A program made the translations under genes and the position numbers. A stretch of DNA of 25,189 nt from Promethearchaeota archaeon (GTDB lineage Archaea > Asgardarchaeota > Thorarchaeia > Thorarchaeales > Thorarchaeaceae), in assembly GCA_048939765.1 (NCBI GenBank), contig JBHLPF010000040.1, positions 1-25,189 of the forward strand, given 5' to 3'. Shown piece by piece: positions 16,001 to 24,235 of this stretch. A model generated the notes under the pieces. It was not told the origin of the DNA. It worked only from the letters and a program-made list of their open reading frames with translations, and made no database searches. Position 1 is the stretch's first letter. Each line of letters begins with the position of its first letter.

Positions 16001-18227
16001 GACAAACTATCTCAATTCCACTCTGGGCTATACAGTGATCGTGAGAGGATTTGGATCCAATCTCATCAGGCTCAATGGGACTGCTGATTTCGCCTATTTT
16101 GGTGACACCTACACTTTAGTAGTTCAGTTCACAAATACAACCGGTTTCGGATTGGATGGAGCAAATATCTCTGTCATCGATGTGGTCCCTGCTGCCGGAC
16201 TAGGAATCGCAGCAACAGTCGATGAAGGATCAGGGTTCTACTCAATTGATATCACTGCAGCTTCAGCGGGGATATTCACCATTCTGCTCAGAGCGAATCT
16301 TACAGACTATGACACACAGTTAGCATCATTTGGACTAACAGTGCGAGAGATACCCACCATTCTGACACTCGACAACTCTGGGGCGACCATCTCAGTTGAT
16401 CAGAGCCACGATGTTCAGGTCACTTTCAGAGATGATGCACTAAATGGACTGGAAGGTGCGACAATACTGGTACTGCATCCTCCATCCGGATTGGCTCATG
16501 TGGAAACCGAGAGTCTTGGCGGGCAATACACAATCACACTAACGCCCTCCGTCATCGGGACTTATGAGTTTGCTATTCGTGCCACACTTCCCAACTACCT
16601 GAATTCAACAGTAGGTTTCACTCTTGTTGTAAGATCAATCCCAACTGAGATTAGGATTGTAGAGGGACTGGAATCAGACTCCATATACTTCACTGATGAA
16701 TACAATCTCACACTGCTCTATGTCAGAACTGATACCGGGCAAAACGTGAGCGCCGCAGACCTTGCTATTTCCACGTTGCCCGCAGAAGGTCTGACCGTGT
16801 CGGTGTCACAAATAGGGGACCTATACTTCCTTGGATTTGAAGCCCAATCAATTGGCAAATGGCAGGTATTCTTCACAGCAAACAAGACGGATCATGTCAG
16901 TGGATTCACCGAGTTTAATCTAGAGGTACTTCCTGTAGCCATGGAGATTGATAGACTCCAGGGACTGAGTGCAGTCGAAGGAATACAGAACACGCTGAGT
17001 TTTTGGCTCATTGAGTCCGCCACAGGCAATCCTGTTACTGGTGCAACTGTCGAATATCAGCTCATTAGCGAGACAGGACCTGGGGAGATACGGCCTATGA
17101 GTGAAACAGAACCAGGCCTATACTCAGCATCATTCCAAATGCCTAGCTACGAGTCCACCACACATGTGAGAATCTATGTTTCCATTGAGAACTATGAGAT
17201 GGATGCAGATTATTATGAAACCCCACTTGAACCGATGCTTAGTGAGATTGAGGCCTTGAATAGGACCATCACACGATACTCACCCTTTATCGCAATCATT
17301 GGAGCTGTAGCCATCGGTGTCGCAGGACGGCGATCGTACACTAGAAGGCAACGAAGGCGATACATTGAGGCAATGGTGGTCAAGCGCCGATTCGATGATG
17401 TCAAGAGCCTCCTCGGTGTCATTGTTCTACATAAACACACAGGAATTCCCATCTATTCAAAGATGTTGAAGGAAGGGCTTGATGAGCTTCTCTTGTCCGG
17501 TTTTGTGAGCGCTATTAGCACGTTTAGGAGTGAGTTCAACGTTAGCCAAGAGAATTGGGTTGTGACACCCATCTCAGACATCATAAGGACCGTTGCTACT
17601 GAGAATCTACTGTGTGCCTTCATATCCCTAGCACCCCCCTCAAAGGGTCAGGAGCTGAGAATGGTGGAGTTTGCAGAGGCCATAGGATTCGTCTTTGATC
17701 ATATGTATACTGAGGTTCCATTGACTGTCCTTGAACCCGAAACAGAGGCACAGTTCAATGCGTTCTTTGATGACATCATGGATGGACGCTTCCTTCGCGA
17801 CTACACAGTTTCAGAGGGCAAGTCATTCCCACGAAAGACCAAGTGCATTGAGGAACGCATTCATCGGATTGATGATGAGGACGGCTTTGACCTCGAGGAA
17901 CTCGCCAAAGAAATGACTTCGTGTGGTTTCGAAGAGGCACGTGTCTATACAATCATTATGGATGCCATCCAAATGGGGAATCTTGCTTTGACTTCGATTA
18001 GTGAGGCAAAATCTGATGACTCACCTCCTCCTAAAGAAGAGCCTGAAATGCCGGAAGTGGGATCTGACACCATGGAAACGGATTCAGAGCCTGAACTCGA
18101 TGAGCCGCCAGCCATGAGGATAGTAAGAATCGACGAGCCGGTTTCTGAGAAGTCTGAGGAGGAGAAATTCGTGGAAGATGTCGAGAGCCTTCTCAGCAAG
18201 GAGAATGACGAGGAGAAAGAGGAATAG
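13068..18227 (+). CDS. Giant single-pass surface protein: signal peptide, beta-rich/Ig-like repeats, TM, cytoplasmic longin-like domain, acidic tail
   Basis: Basic plus hydrophobic N-terminus. About 100-aa repeats with G..GA.V, G.Y.I and G.Y.....A...Y. More than 30 N-x-S/T sequons. TM SPFIAIIGAVAIGVAG followed by RRSYTRRQRRR. Cytoplasmic LLGVIVLHKHTGIPIYSK...LLSGFVSAISTF. Confidence 0.85.
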   Translation: MMRKGKHAVIGLLVILLIGLLGTANKGIMSKAGSDSLFVSPSNDAQQGPARTDQSESLERSGAFTISAAPNEGVLDPIRIRQSGYQTTDGKRGRTDTGSNTQIDIAIDDANGWFMNSTSIDVWNLQRLYGINGTFDAGTDPWTNYTLGGGGSSTQLVSYNSTGKYIECKDVAEWGNHPPYGQTYKHFSGEIGFSQVIYNVPSVVDFRLEFDYRYATGPLDPQDNDSLNAIGVFWQLEKASESYYDGWYFPMQLLESHDGWYHISHDFSAIDPGWSDFAISLGLYFPANVIVDNDTDYDDDPLREYDGMENMQNVTVQLDNIVFTSIAAPTPEEVELTFHAGSFSSPISNGGTASISNPSFWTTNPLQVEVTSNTSVIFSYTVTSLFHRYINSSWTTDLSEEGVQYSVTAGQSSDLSLFTYMTGSTEYDGATVDLLYPTDWENVTILDPLTNDITSLCSVSPGRIHIPTSETDRSGWWEINLQAPNYAQNVSIQVQDGSTGQWSESSLFKPGNSTRAQVEIGTAAGKPTDGSPVNITWMLPNSTEWAYDSISTMVNGIVNSSHWILEGANTSAGQWEVTAIWSNGTEIAYDYAVFDMYHTASLTPRELLVDTDTGLLITNMLYYVDSDTSDFILDASALVVANWSAIVISFLANPVYNWWQADFDTNIVGAGRFVVVVNASRPYYDDVTCQFTIVSTLRTNFQLTSVGPLPTEVGLHEEFSVQMHYELESSVGVDGATIQMNYTGPQSGLQLLGQSNTGSGDYSINITSSKSGTYTVTITASKAFHYSNSDSFTLIVGAVGTYLTSANGTSDVTQLGVPYRLVVQYRNITGFGLPGANVTVIDINPSLGLTAGISVDEENGYYSIVLTSSISKTYTLFINANMTDHVTQIAAFTITVNEIPTVLTADSSGTTLSVGDSQSIELSFRDESSTGIVNASVSVLIPPAGLSFEISELSGGLYNVNITALAPGTYQMAFRASKTNYLNSTLGYTVIVRGFGSNLIRLNGTADFAYFGDTYTLVVQFTNTTGFGLDGANISVIDVVPAAGLGIAATVDEGSGFYSIDITAASAGIFTILLRANLTDYDTQLASFGLTVREIPTILTLDNSGATISVDQSHDVQVTFRDDALNGLEGATILVLHPPSGLAHVETESLGGQYTITLTPSVIGTYEFAIRATLPNYLNSTVGFTLVVRSIPTEIRIVEGLESDSIYFTDEYNLTLLYVRTDTGQNVSAADLAISTLPAEGLTVSVSQIGDLYFLGFEAQSIGKWQVFFTANKTDHVSGFTEFNLEVLPVAMEIDRLQGLSAVEGIQNTLSFWLIESATGNPVTGATVEYQLISETGPGEIRPMSETEPGLYSASFQMPSYESTTHVRIYVSIENYEMDADYYETPLEPMLSEIEALNRTITRYSPFIAIIGAVAIGVAGRRSYTRRQRRRYIEAMVVKRRFDDVKSLLGVIVLHKHTGIPIYSKMLKEGLDELLLSGFVSAISTFRSEFNVSQENWVVTPISDIIRTVATENLLCAFISLAPPSKGQELRMVEFAEAIGFVFDHMYTEVPLTVLEPETEAQFNAFFDDIMDGRFLRDYTVSEGKSFPRKTKCIEERIHRIDDEDGFDLEELAKEMTSCGFEEARVYTIIMDAIQMGNLALTSISEAKSDDSPPPKEEPEMPEVGSDTMETDSEPELDEPPAMRIVRIDEPVSEKSEEEKFVEDVESLLSKENDEEKEE
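15465..16640 (+). repeat. Internal tandem duplication of a 196-aa (588-nt) two-domain unit
   Basis: NGTSD..LVVQYRNITGFGLPGANVTVID...EIPTVLT...NYLNSTLGYTVIVR vs NGTAD..LVVQFTNTTGFGLDGANISVID...EIPTILT...NYLNSTVGFTLVVR. Confidence 0.85.
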
Positions 18228-18235
18228 ACGACTAC

Positions 18236-18520
18236 CTATACGTCTTCCTGGCGAACCAGCTCAAAGACAACCACATTATGAGGGTCTGGACATGCCACAA
18301 ATGCACGTTCAGGGTCTGGCTCCCAGGGCAGAGCGCCACCAAACTCTAGCACTGCGATGAAAGGCAGCATCGAGTTATACGCCCATCTGCAGACCTTCGA
18401 TCGCTCTTCAGGCACAGACAGGTCAAACTCGGCCCCAAGCTGGTACATGCTGCACGGGTTTCCTGAGGGCTCACTGCGGAGCTCGGAGACTCTAGCTATG
18501 ATGCTGTATCGTTTTGACAT
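18236..18520 (-). CDS. TIGR04076-like small Cys-containing protein
   Basis: C......G..F, C..A...M.P, FGG.LPW and ACPDP...V.FELVR. ATG at 18520; ORF track starts at 18574. Confidence 0.75.
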   Translation of the reverse strand: MSKRYSIIARVSELRSEPSGNPCSMYQLGAEFDLSVPEERSKVCRWAYNSMLPFIAVLEFGGALPWEPDPERAFVACPDPHNVVVFELVRQEDV

Positions 18521-18614
18521 CTTCTTATCCCACTGGAGATAGCACTCATCTGCCTCAAAAAGGAACGGTCTCACGCATCACAATGCTCGTAGGATGGGTG
18601 AGAATTGATTCCTG

Positions 18615-18980
18615 CTACTCTATTCCAATCTTCGCTGCAAATTTCACCAATACAAAGACAACGAATGCAATAATGATGAACGTGATTAGCTCACCAATGA
18701 AGTGTCCATACCTGAAAGGACCAAACACGAGTTCCTCCCAAGCTATATCAGGGATGAAGACTGTGATGATAGGCATTATCAAATCATCTACCATTGCTTG
18801 CACAAGCAATCCCAGGTAGATGCCCAGGATGAACGCCACGGCAAGTCCAAGAACCTTGTACTTTGAAAGGAAGGTCGTAAACTCATTGATGAATCCCTCC
18901 GGAGGCGCCTTGGGCTCTGGCGGGGTCAAGAGTTTTCTAATCTCCTTCAGCTCTTCTAGCATTTGCTCATCAGTCGCCAT
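18615..18980 (-). CDS. mscL: Large-conductance mechanosensitive channel MscL
   Basis: EFTTFLSKYKVLGLAVAFILG, VDDLIMPII and YGHFIGELITFIIIAFVVF. SD AGGTGA before ATG 18980. Confidence 0.92.
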   Translation of the reverse strand: MATDEQMLEELKEIRKLLTPPEPKAPPEGFINEFTTFLSKYKVLGLAVAFILGIYLGLLVQAMVDDLIMPIITVFIPDIAWEELVFGPFRYGHFIGELITFIIIAFVVFVLVKFAAKIGIE

Positions 18981-19132
18981 ATTCTCTCTCACCTACTTGT
19001 GATAGCACTACGGCCTTGGATGTACCTAGATATATACCAAATGGTAGAAGGAATAGGCACCTGAATCCTCTTGATAAGAAACAATCTTTTCCTACAACTC
19101 TACGCTAATTAGTGTTGAACAATTGATGGTAC

Positions 19133-19942
19133 TTGTGTACGGTGAATGAAGTGTTCGTGTCCTGCTCAGTTCTCGGAGGAATGCGTTCTGCCTCGACCAA
19201 TGAGAAGCTCCTACGGGGCCTGTTGCATACTCTCGCAAGAGTAAAAGATGCAGGATATGAGAATATTGAGGTCTGGATGGATGATAGGCCTGAATGGCTC
19301 AGAAGGACATTCCTGCATGCGATAGAGGACTATGGACTCAATCCATATTCGATTCATCTGCCTAAGTTCTTGGTTGCCTTTGATGATGATGATTTCAAGA
19401 AATCCACAGATGTAGTCTTTCCCTTCATTCAGGATCTGGGAATCAAGGTTGCGGTCTTCCATCCACCAGACGTGGTGATGATGGATGAGAGCGATGATTG
19501 GAGGACTAAGCTTGATAGATTGTTGGATCTATCAGAGGCGTCAGGCTGCATCTTGACAATTGAGAATGTGCCATATCTTCCAAACGTGGACCAATTCATT
19601 CTAGACCTGATTGCTGCTAATGGAGGACGACCCCTGGGAGTTACAATCGACCTTGAGTTTGTGCACATCAACGGGTCAGATATCAAGCAGATTGTCAAAG
19701 AATATAGGGACCTAATCTTCAATGTTCACTTCAGAGACAGTGATGGAAGTCTTGTGGATGAGAACAAGAATCGAAGATATTTGGTTCCAGGCTGTGGGGT
19801 AATAGATCTTCCCGAAGTAGTGCAAACTCTTCATGATGGAGGGTACGATAGAGCACTGACTGTGGAGGTATCTCATAAAAATCCCAGCAACATAATCGAG
19901 GCCAAGATCTATGCAGACACATGTCTTGCCAGACTCAAATAA
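19133..19942 (+). CDS. Sugar phosphate isomerase/epimerase (AP endonuclease 2 TIM-barrel) family
   Basis: AGYENIEVW, SIHLP, VFHP, IENVP, TIDLEF, VHFRD, PGCGVIDL and LTVEV. Exact start uncertain. Confidence 0.85.
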   Translation: MCTVNEVFVSCSVLGGMRSASTNEKLLRGLLHTLARVKDAGYENIEVWMDDRPEWLRRTFLHAIEDYGLNPYSIHLPKFLVAFDDDDFKKSTDVVFPFIQDLGIKVAVFHPPDVVMMDESDDWRTKLDRLLDLSEASGCILTIENVPYLPNVDQFILDLIAANGGRPLGVTIDLEFVHINGSDIKQIVKEYRDLIFNVHFRDSDGSLVDENKNRRYLVPGCGVIDLPEVVQTLHDGGYDRALTVEVSHKNPSNIIEAKIYADTCLARLK

Positions 19943-19945
19943 TCG

Positions 19946-19976
19946 AAAAAAAGAGTGGAGCGGGAGATCCCGCTCC
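19946..19976 (-). terminator. GC-rich hairpin plus U7 tract ending the 604-aa gene (possibly bidirectional)
   Basis: GGAGCGGG-agat-CCCGCTCC at 19957-19976 and A7 at 19946-19952, between convergent genes. Confidence 0.75.
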
Positions 19977-21790
19977 TAGAAAGACTTCCGTTCATTGTTG
20001 ACGCGTACGCAGACCACCGCGATGGCTATAATCCCCACTGCACCAATCAGAATAGCTGAGTTCGTGACCAGCCCTATGAGTGTACTAATGGGACCTGGCG
20101 CTGTAAGTGGGAATACAGTGAAGATTGGGTCGTGCGTGATAGCCTGCCCGTCCCATTCCGCGTAGCAGGACGCATAGTAGTAGGTCTGCGCATACCACAT
20201 ATCGGCTCCAAAGGCAAGGTCTGCCGCAGGCGCGCCTTGCTCCATGAATGGTAGAATGTAGAAATACGTAGGAATGATTGCGGTTCCTACATCATAGGTT
20301 CCGCCGTCCTTACTCCAGAGGTAAGTCCCTCCGAACTCTACTGTGGTACGAGTATTGGTTTCTCCTGCGACTTCCTCCTCGAATCTGATTGTGCCGCCAG
20401 GTGCCACCTCGGTTTCTGGTATGCTCGCAGCAAGATCGGTTCCATCATAGAGTTCTCCACTAATCGTGTAGCTTGAGAAGGAACTCCAATACTTTGCCGC
20501 CAAACTGAGACCCTGCACCTCAGGCAGAATGACTCCGGTTTCCGGATTTGTGAAGTCTCCAAAGTGCTGGTCGACCTTAAGAACCGCAGCCTCATCTGTC
20601 ACTTCAAAACGGTAGACCATTTCCAATCGGTCAATAGTTGTAGGAACGGCTATTGGCTCCACGAAATCCTCAGGTGGCGCATCCTCAGGCCCGCAGAAAC
20701 ACCAGATTGGCTCGGGATATGGATAGGCAGTCATGAGATTGCCCTCAATATCGACCACCTCGGCACTCCATTCAATCTGGTTATCGTCATTCAGCGCCGG
20801 GAGATTGACACTGCCTAGTTCAGCTGACTCCGCGTAGAAGTCATAGACCAACTCAGATGCGGTTTCATTCATCTCATAGTAGACCCAATCGACATTACCA
20901 TCCTCGTTATAGTCCACTTCAACTGGATCGTATACTATGTCCATGATTCCATTCCCATTTGTATCGTTGAATGCAGAAAGACCCGAGAAGTAGTGGTCCA
21001 TCCACTGTGATGTTTCGCCATCGTTGAACATCTCACTGATGTCAAAGCCATAGCCTGTGAAAGAATCCGCATAGTCGTACTCATACGACTCATTCATCCA
21101 AGCAGCCCAGGAATATTCTTCCTTGAGGTTGGGAATAACATCATTTGCATTAACAGGATTCATGTTGTCATCAAACCAGGTATAATTGGCGCTGTAGAAG
21201 TAGCTCGAGTTATACTCTGAGAGATAGAAGGTGGAATAGATGAACACCTCATCTCCTGTCAATGCCTCAGGCTCTGGATACCACATCAATCCCCATATGT
21301 CAGTAGCTGTGGGCTCAACAAACCATCTGACTCTTGACAGCCATGACATGTAAGATGCATCTGGATCAAGGACTACTACAACAAGGAGATTAGAGAAGGA
21401 CCAGTTGTAGGAGTAGTCATAGAGATAGTCCTCCTGAATCCAGTAGACATTGTTGTCAACATCCTCAACATAGATGTATGGCATATATGGGGGAAGCGGT
21501 TCTGGGTCGGATTCGTTCCACACAATGGTACCTGTTTCACCGGGTTCAGTTTGGCCCGGTTCAGACGGATATGTAGGATAAATCTCATCTCCCCAGTCTT
21601 GACCACTGTCGTTCCACCATTCGTATGCAACATATACTCCAGGCAGCATCTCTTCGAATGGTGCTACGACCTGTGATGGCCCAAAAGGGGAAGCTGTCGC
21701 CAGTACTGGGAACACCCCGACAAGCAAAATGCTGAGCAGGGCTCCCGTCGCAAGTAGTTTCGTTGTGGCGCTCATCATGCTGTGCCTCAT
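19976..21790 (-). CDS. Secreted acidic, aromatic-rich surface protein with C-terminal TM anchor
   Basis: Signal peptide LLATGALLSILLVGVFPVLATA. DxDxDG-like loops DTNGNGIMD and DYNEDGNVD. N-glycosylation sequons. C-terminal ILIGAVGIIAIAVVCV followed by RVNNERK. Confidence 0.82.
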   Translation of the reverse strand: MRHSMMSATTKLLATGALLSILLVGVFPVLATASPFGPSQVVAPFEEMLPGVYVAYEWWNDSGQDWGDEIYPTYPSEPGQTEPGETGTIVWNESDPEPLPPYMPYIYVEDVDNNVYWIQEDYLYDYSYNWSFSNLLVVVVLDPDASYMSWLSRVRWFVEPTATDIWGLMWYPEPEALTGDEVFIYSTFYLSEYNSSYFYSANYTWFDDNMNPVNANDVIPNLKEEYSWAAWMNESYEYDYADSFTGYGFDISEMFNDGETSQWMDHYFSGLSAFNDTNGNGIMDIVYDPVEVDYNEDGNVDWVYYEMNETASELVYDFYAESAELGSVNLPALNDDNQIEWSAEVVDIEGNLMTAYPYPEPIWCFCGPEDAPPEDFVEPIAVPTTIDRLEMVYRFEVTDEAAVLKVDQHFGDFTNPETGVILPEVQGLSLAAKYWSSFSSYTISGELYDGTDLAASIPETEVAPGGTIRFEEEVAGETNTRTTVEFGGTYLWSKDGGTYDVGTAIIPTYFYILPFMEQGAPAADLAFGADMWYAQTYYYASCYAEWDGQAITHDPIFTVFPLTAPGPISTLIGLVTNSAILIGAVGIIAIAVVCVRVNNERKSF

Positions 21791-21818
21791 AGAATGCTAA
21801 GTCAGGAATTGTCCTATG

Positions 21819-21848
21819 TTATAATAGAGGTTTTCAGTGAACCGTTCA
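21819..21848 (-). promoter_or_regulatory. TATA box (TATTATAA) with upstream palindrome TGAACnGTTCA
   Basis: TATA lies 28 nt before ATG 21790, consistent with a leaderless transcript. The palindrome at 21838-21848 is next to an A-rich BRE-like stretch. Confidence 0.55.
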
Positions 21849-21935
21849 AGACGGAGGTCATTTCCAAGGTTATCTTTCCCCAATATAGAAAATCAGGCGC
21901 GATAAGCCTTCAAATCGTTCCAGACGCGTTAAGAA

Positions 21936-22430
21936 TCAACGTGTGACTTTTCTACTTAGGCGGACAATCTTAGTTCTTCCACTTTTTTCTCGAGCTACTA
22001 ACGACTTTCTTTCAAGACCCGAGAGAGTCACGCTAAGAGTCGACTTACTCAGACCAGTAACTCGCCTCAGCTCATCCTGAGCCATAAGACCATCGTTTTC
22101 CTCCAGTCTATTGATTATTCGTCGTTCTGTGTTGGAGAGCGTCACTACAACTACTGGCTCTTCTGAAGGTAGCTCTCCCGCATCGGATTTGGTTGCAATG
22201 GCATTTTCGAGCTGAGATACCCGATGTTGAAGTCTTAGCACAACGAGGATGGCGGCATTGAGGACAAGGATAAGCGATATCACCAAGGCAATCGTGGTGG
22301 CGAGAATCACCGTTTCCCTAGATATTGGAAGTGCTATGATCCAAATCCAGACCGCAGCAGAGAGAATTATGATGGATAGTACTACAAGAACCACATCGAT
22401 GCGTTTGCTATAACCATCGGCGCGGCTCAT
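21936..22430 (-). CDS. Membrane-anchored winged-HTH transcriptional regulator (COG2512-like)
   Basis: Two N-terminal TM helices, then LSNTERRIINRLEENDGLMAQDELRRVTGLSKSTLSVTLSGLERKSLVAREKSGRTKIVRL. Confidence 0.85.
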   Translation of the reverse strand: MSRADGYSKRIDVVLVVLSIIILSAAVWIWIIALPISRETVILATTIALVISLILVLNAAILVVLRLQHRVSQLENAIATKSDAGELPSEEPVVVVTLSNTERRIINRLEENDGLMAQDELRRVTGLSKSTLSVTLSGLERKSLVAREKSGRTKIVRLSRKVTR

Positions 22431-22471
22431 TGGTTCAACCTGACATATTTCTGTCCATGTTCCTTATGAAG

Positions 22472-22966
22472 TCACTTCCCGGCCTTCTTTGCCAATTCTT
22501 GCACAATTGTATTCAGATGACCATTGTGATGACCCAAGTGAACGAAAGCATTCGCTATCAGGTCAATGACCCGCATCCCCCTGAATGGCGCTGGCATGTC
22601 ATGCTCAGGTACCAAGACAAGCTGCTCATCGGTTGCATCTCTTACATAAGCTAGAAGGCCCTCCTCGCTTGAGGAGTAGTAGTCCTCAATCTCCTGCAAA
22701 GAAACTCCGGTCCAGTTTCCATCTGTTCCAGGAGTGTGCGCCTTGAATAAATCAGGATTCTTGGGAGCGCCACCCTCAATCAGAACATTCAGAGAATAGT
22801 CATACACTGCAGCCTGGTGAGCTAATAGCCACCCAAAAGATGACATACCTGAGTCTGGACGATAGCCCAGGTCGTCGCCGCCAAGTTTCTGATAGCCCTT
22901 GATTGCACGCTCACGCCAGATTCGAGTCCTTTGCGCCATGCTGCGCATTAATTCAGTGACATCCAA
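22472..22966 (-). CDS. DinB/YfiT-family four-helix metalloprotein
   Basis: S.GWLLAH and HLGHHNGHL His-triad pattern. Confidence 0.85.
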   Translation of the reverse strand: MDVTELMRSMAQRTRIWRERAIKGYQKLGGDDLGYRPDSGMSSFGWLLAHQAAVYDYSLNVLIEGGAPKNPDLFKAHTPGTDGNWTGVSLQEIEDYYSSSEEGLLAYVRDATDEQLVLVPEHDMPAPFRGMRVIDLIANAFVHLGHHNGHLNTIVQELAKKAGK

Positions 22967-23042
22967 TGTTATCGGAGAAGGCTACGACTTCAGGCTGATT
23001 TATCTGTTGGTGACCTAATATCACGGACTGGTGTATAGTCAA

Positions 23043-23471
23043 ATGCAGATAGATCCGTATGTGATAGCAACAAGTGCATTGGTGATCGAGGTCTTAATGA
23101 TTATAGTGCTTCTTTTTGGATGGGTTTATGGGTCACGCAGACTTAACTTCAGACTGCATCATAGGGCGGTATATTCCATTGTCCTAGTCAATTCATTGAT
23201 GGTCGGTCTATGGATGATACCTCAGGCAATGAACCTAGCACAGCTTGGCTTCTTCAATGATTTCTCCGCTAGCTTGTATCAGACTCTGCATGACATGCTT
23301 GGCATAATCGCAGTGGTGCTGAGCATCATTGTATCGGTAGTCTTTCTCTGGAGAAGAGACATGCCAGCTAGGCTGTTGAAACGCACTAGACCCGTAATGA
23401 TACTGATCCTCAGTCTTTGGATCATCACTTTTGCTTTAGGCATCTTAGCATATACCGTATTCTGGCTATAG
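23043..23471 (+). CDS. 4-TM membrane protein with intramembrane His (DUF420/cytochrome b-like)
   Basis: Four TM helices, with FRLHHR and LHDMLG at helix starts. ATG at 23043; ORF track starts at 23031. Confidence 0.65.
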   Translation: MQIDPYVIATSALVIEVLMIIVLLFGWVYGSRRLNFRLHHRAVYSIVLVNSLMVGLWMIPQAMNLAQLGFFNDFSASLYQTLHDMLGIIAVVLSIIVSVVFLWRRDMPARLLKRTRPVMILILSLWIITFALGILAYTVFWL

Positions 23472-23536
23472 TACATCAACGCATCCAGCATAATGTGTAA
23501 AAGTGAATGAATCAGCAATAACTTGAGGCCCTCTCC

Positions 23537-23899
23537 ATGGAAAGGCAGGAATCTGGTCAGCTTTCGAGAAAGGAACTTGAAGAGCTGAAGAGGATGAAAG
23601 CGGTCAGAGAAGCCCTTGACGAGTTTAAACGTAGAGGGATATCCGCGGACATCCCCATTTGCCCCAACTGCAAGAGTCCACGATTAGTTGATTTGACATC
23701 GTACTACGATTTGGGATATATCGGGAGCTTCCAACCTGCCTTCTATTGTCTTGATTGCGGATGGTATGGAAGGTCTATCACAATAATGAGCAATAGACCC
23801 AATCCTGATGCAGTCCTTGAAGACATGAAAGGGGCTTTCGCCACATTGATGGATGACTCTCACGAGGAGCATGATGAGATACCAAACGATGAATTATAG
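23537..23899 (+). CDS. Zn-ribbon-containing hypothetical protein
   Basis: CPNCKS...YCLDCGWYG with an acidic tail. Confidence 0.75.
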   Translation: MERQESGQLSRKELEELKRMKAVREALDEFKRRGISADIPICPNCKSPRLVDLTSYYDLGYIGSFQPAFYCLDCGWYGRSITIMSNRPNPDAVLEDMKGAFATLMDDSHEEHDEIPNDEL

Positions 23900-23910
23900 C
23901 GTATAATTTC

Positions 23911-24204
23911 TCACTCTGGTTCCTTTCTGATTAGCTCGAACATGACAGGGTTGAATCCATCCGGACATGCATGAGTCGCCACGCATTGGTCTTTCAGCCA
24001 TGGAAAACGTGCGTTATACATCATTGCATAGACTTTCGGAACCATTGAATACAAGGCGCTGAAGCAGAGTTTCCCCTTGACTTCATCACCTGTGAATAGT
24101 ATCTCATCACCGATCTTATGACCTGCCCCACAAGTTCCTTCCTGCTTCACAACTCGACATAGTATGTGCCAAGATTCATCTCGAATACAGTTTCGTTCAG
24201 ACAT
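23911..24204 (-). CDS. TIGR04076-like small Cys-containing protein
   Basis: GTCGAGHKIGDEI, LCFSALYSM.P, FPW and ACPDGFNPVMFELIR. Confidence 0.8.
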   Translation of the reverse strand: MSERNCIRDESWHILCRVVKQEGTCGAGHKIGDEILFTGDEVKGKLCFSALYSMVPKVYAMMYNARFPWLKDQCVATHACPDGFNPVMFELIRKEPE

Positions 24205-24235
24205 AGTTCAATTAGACTGCTCTTCATGCTGATAA

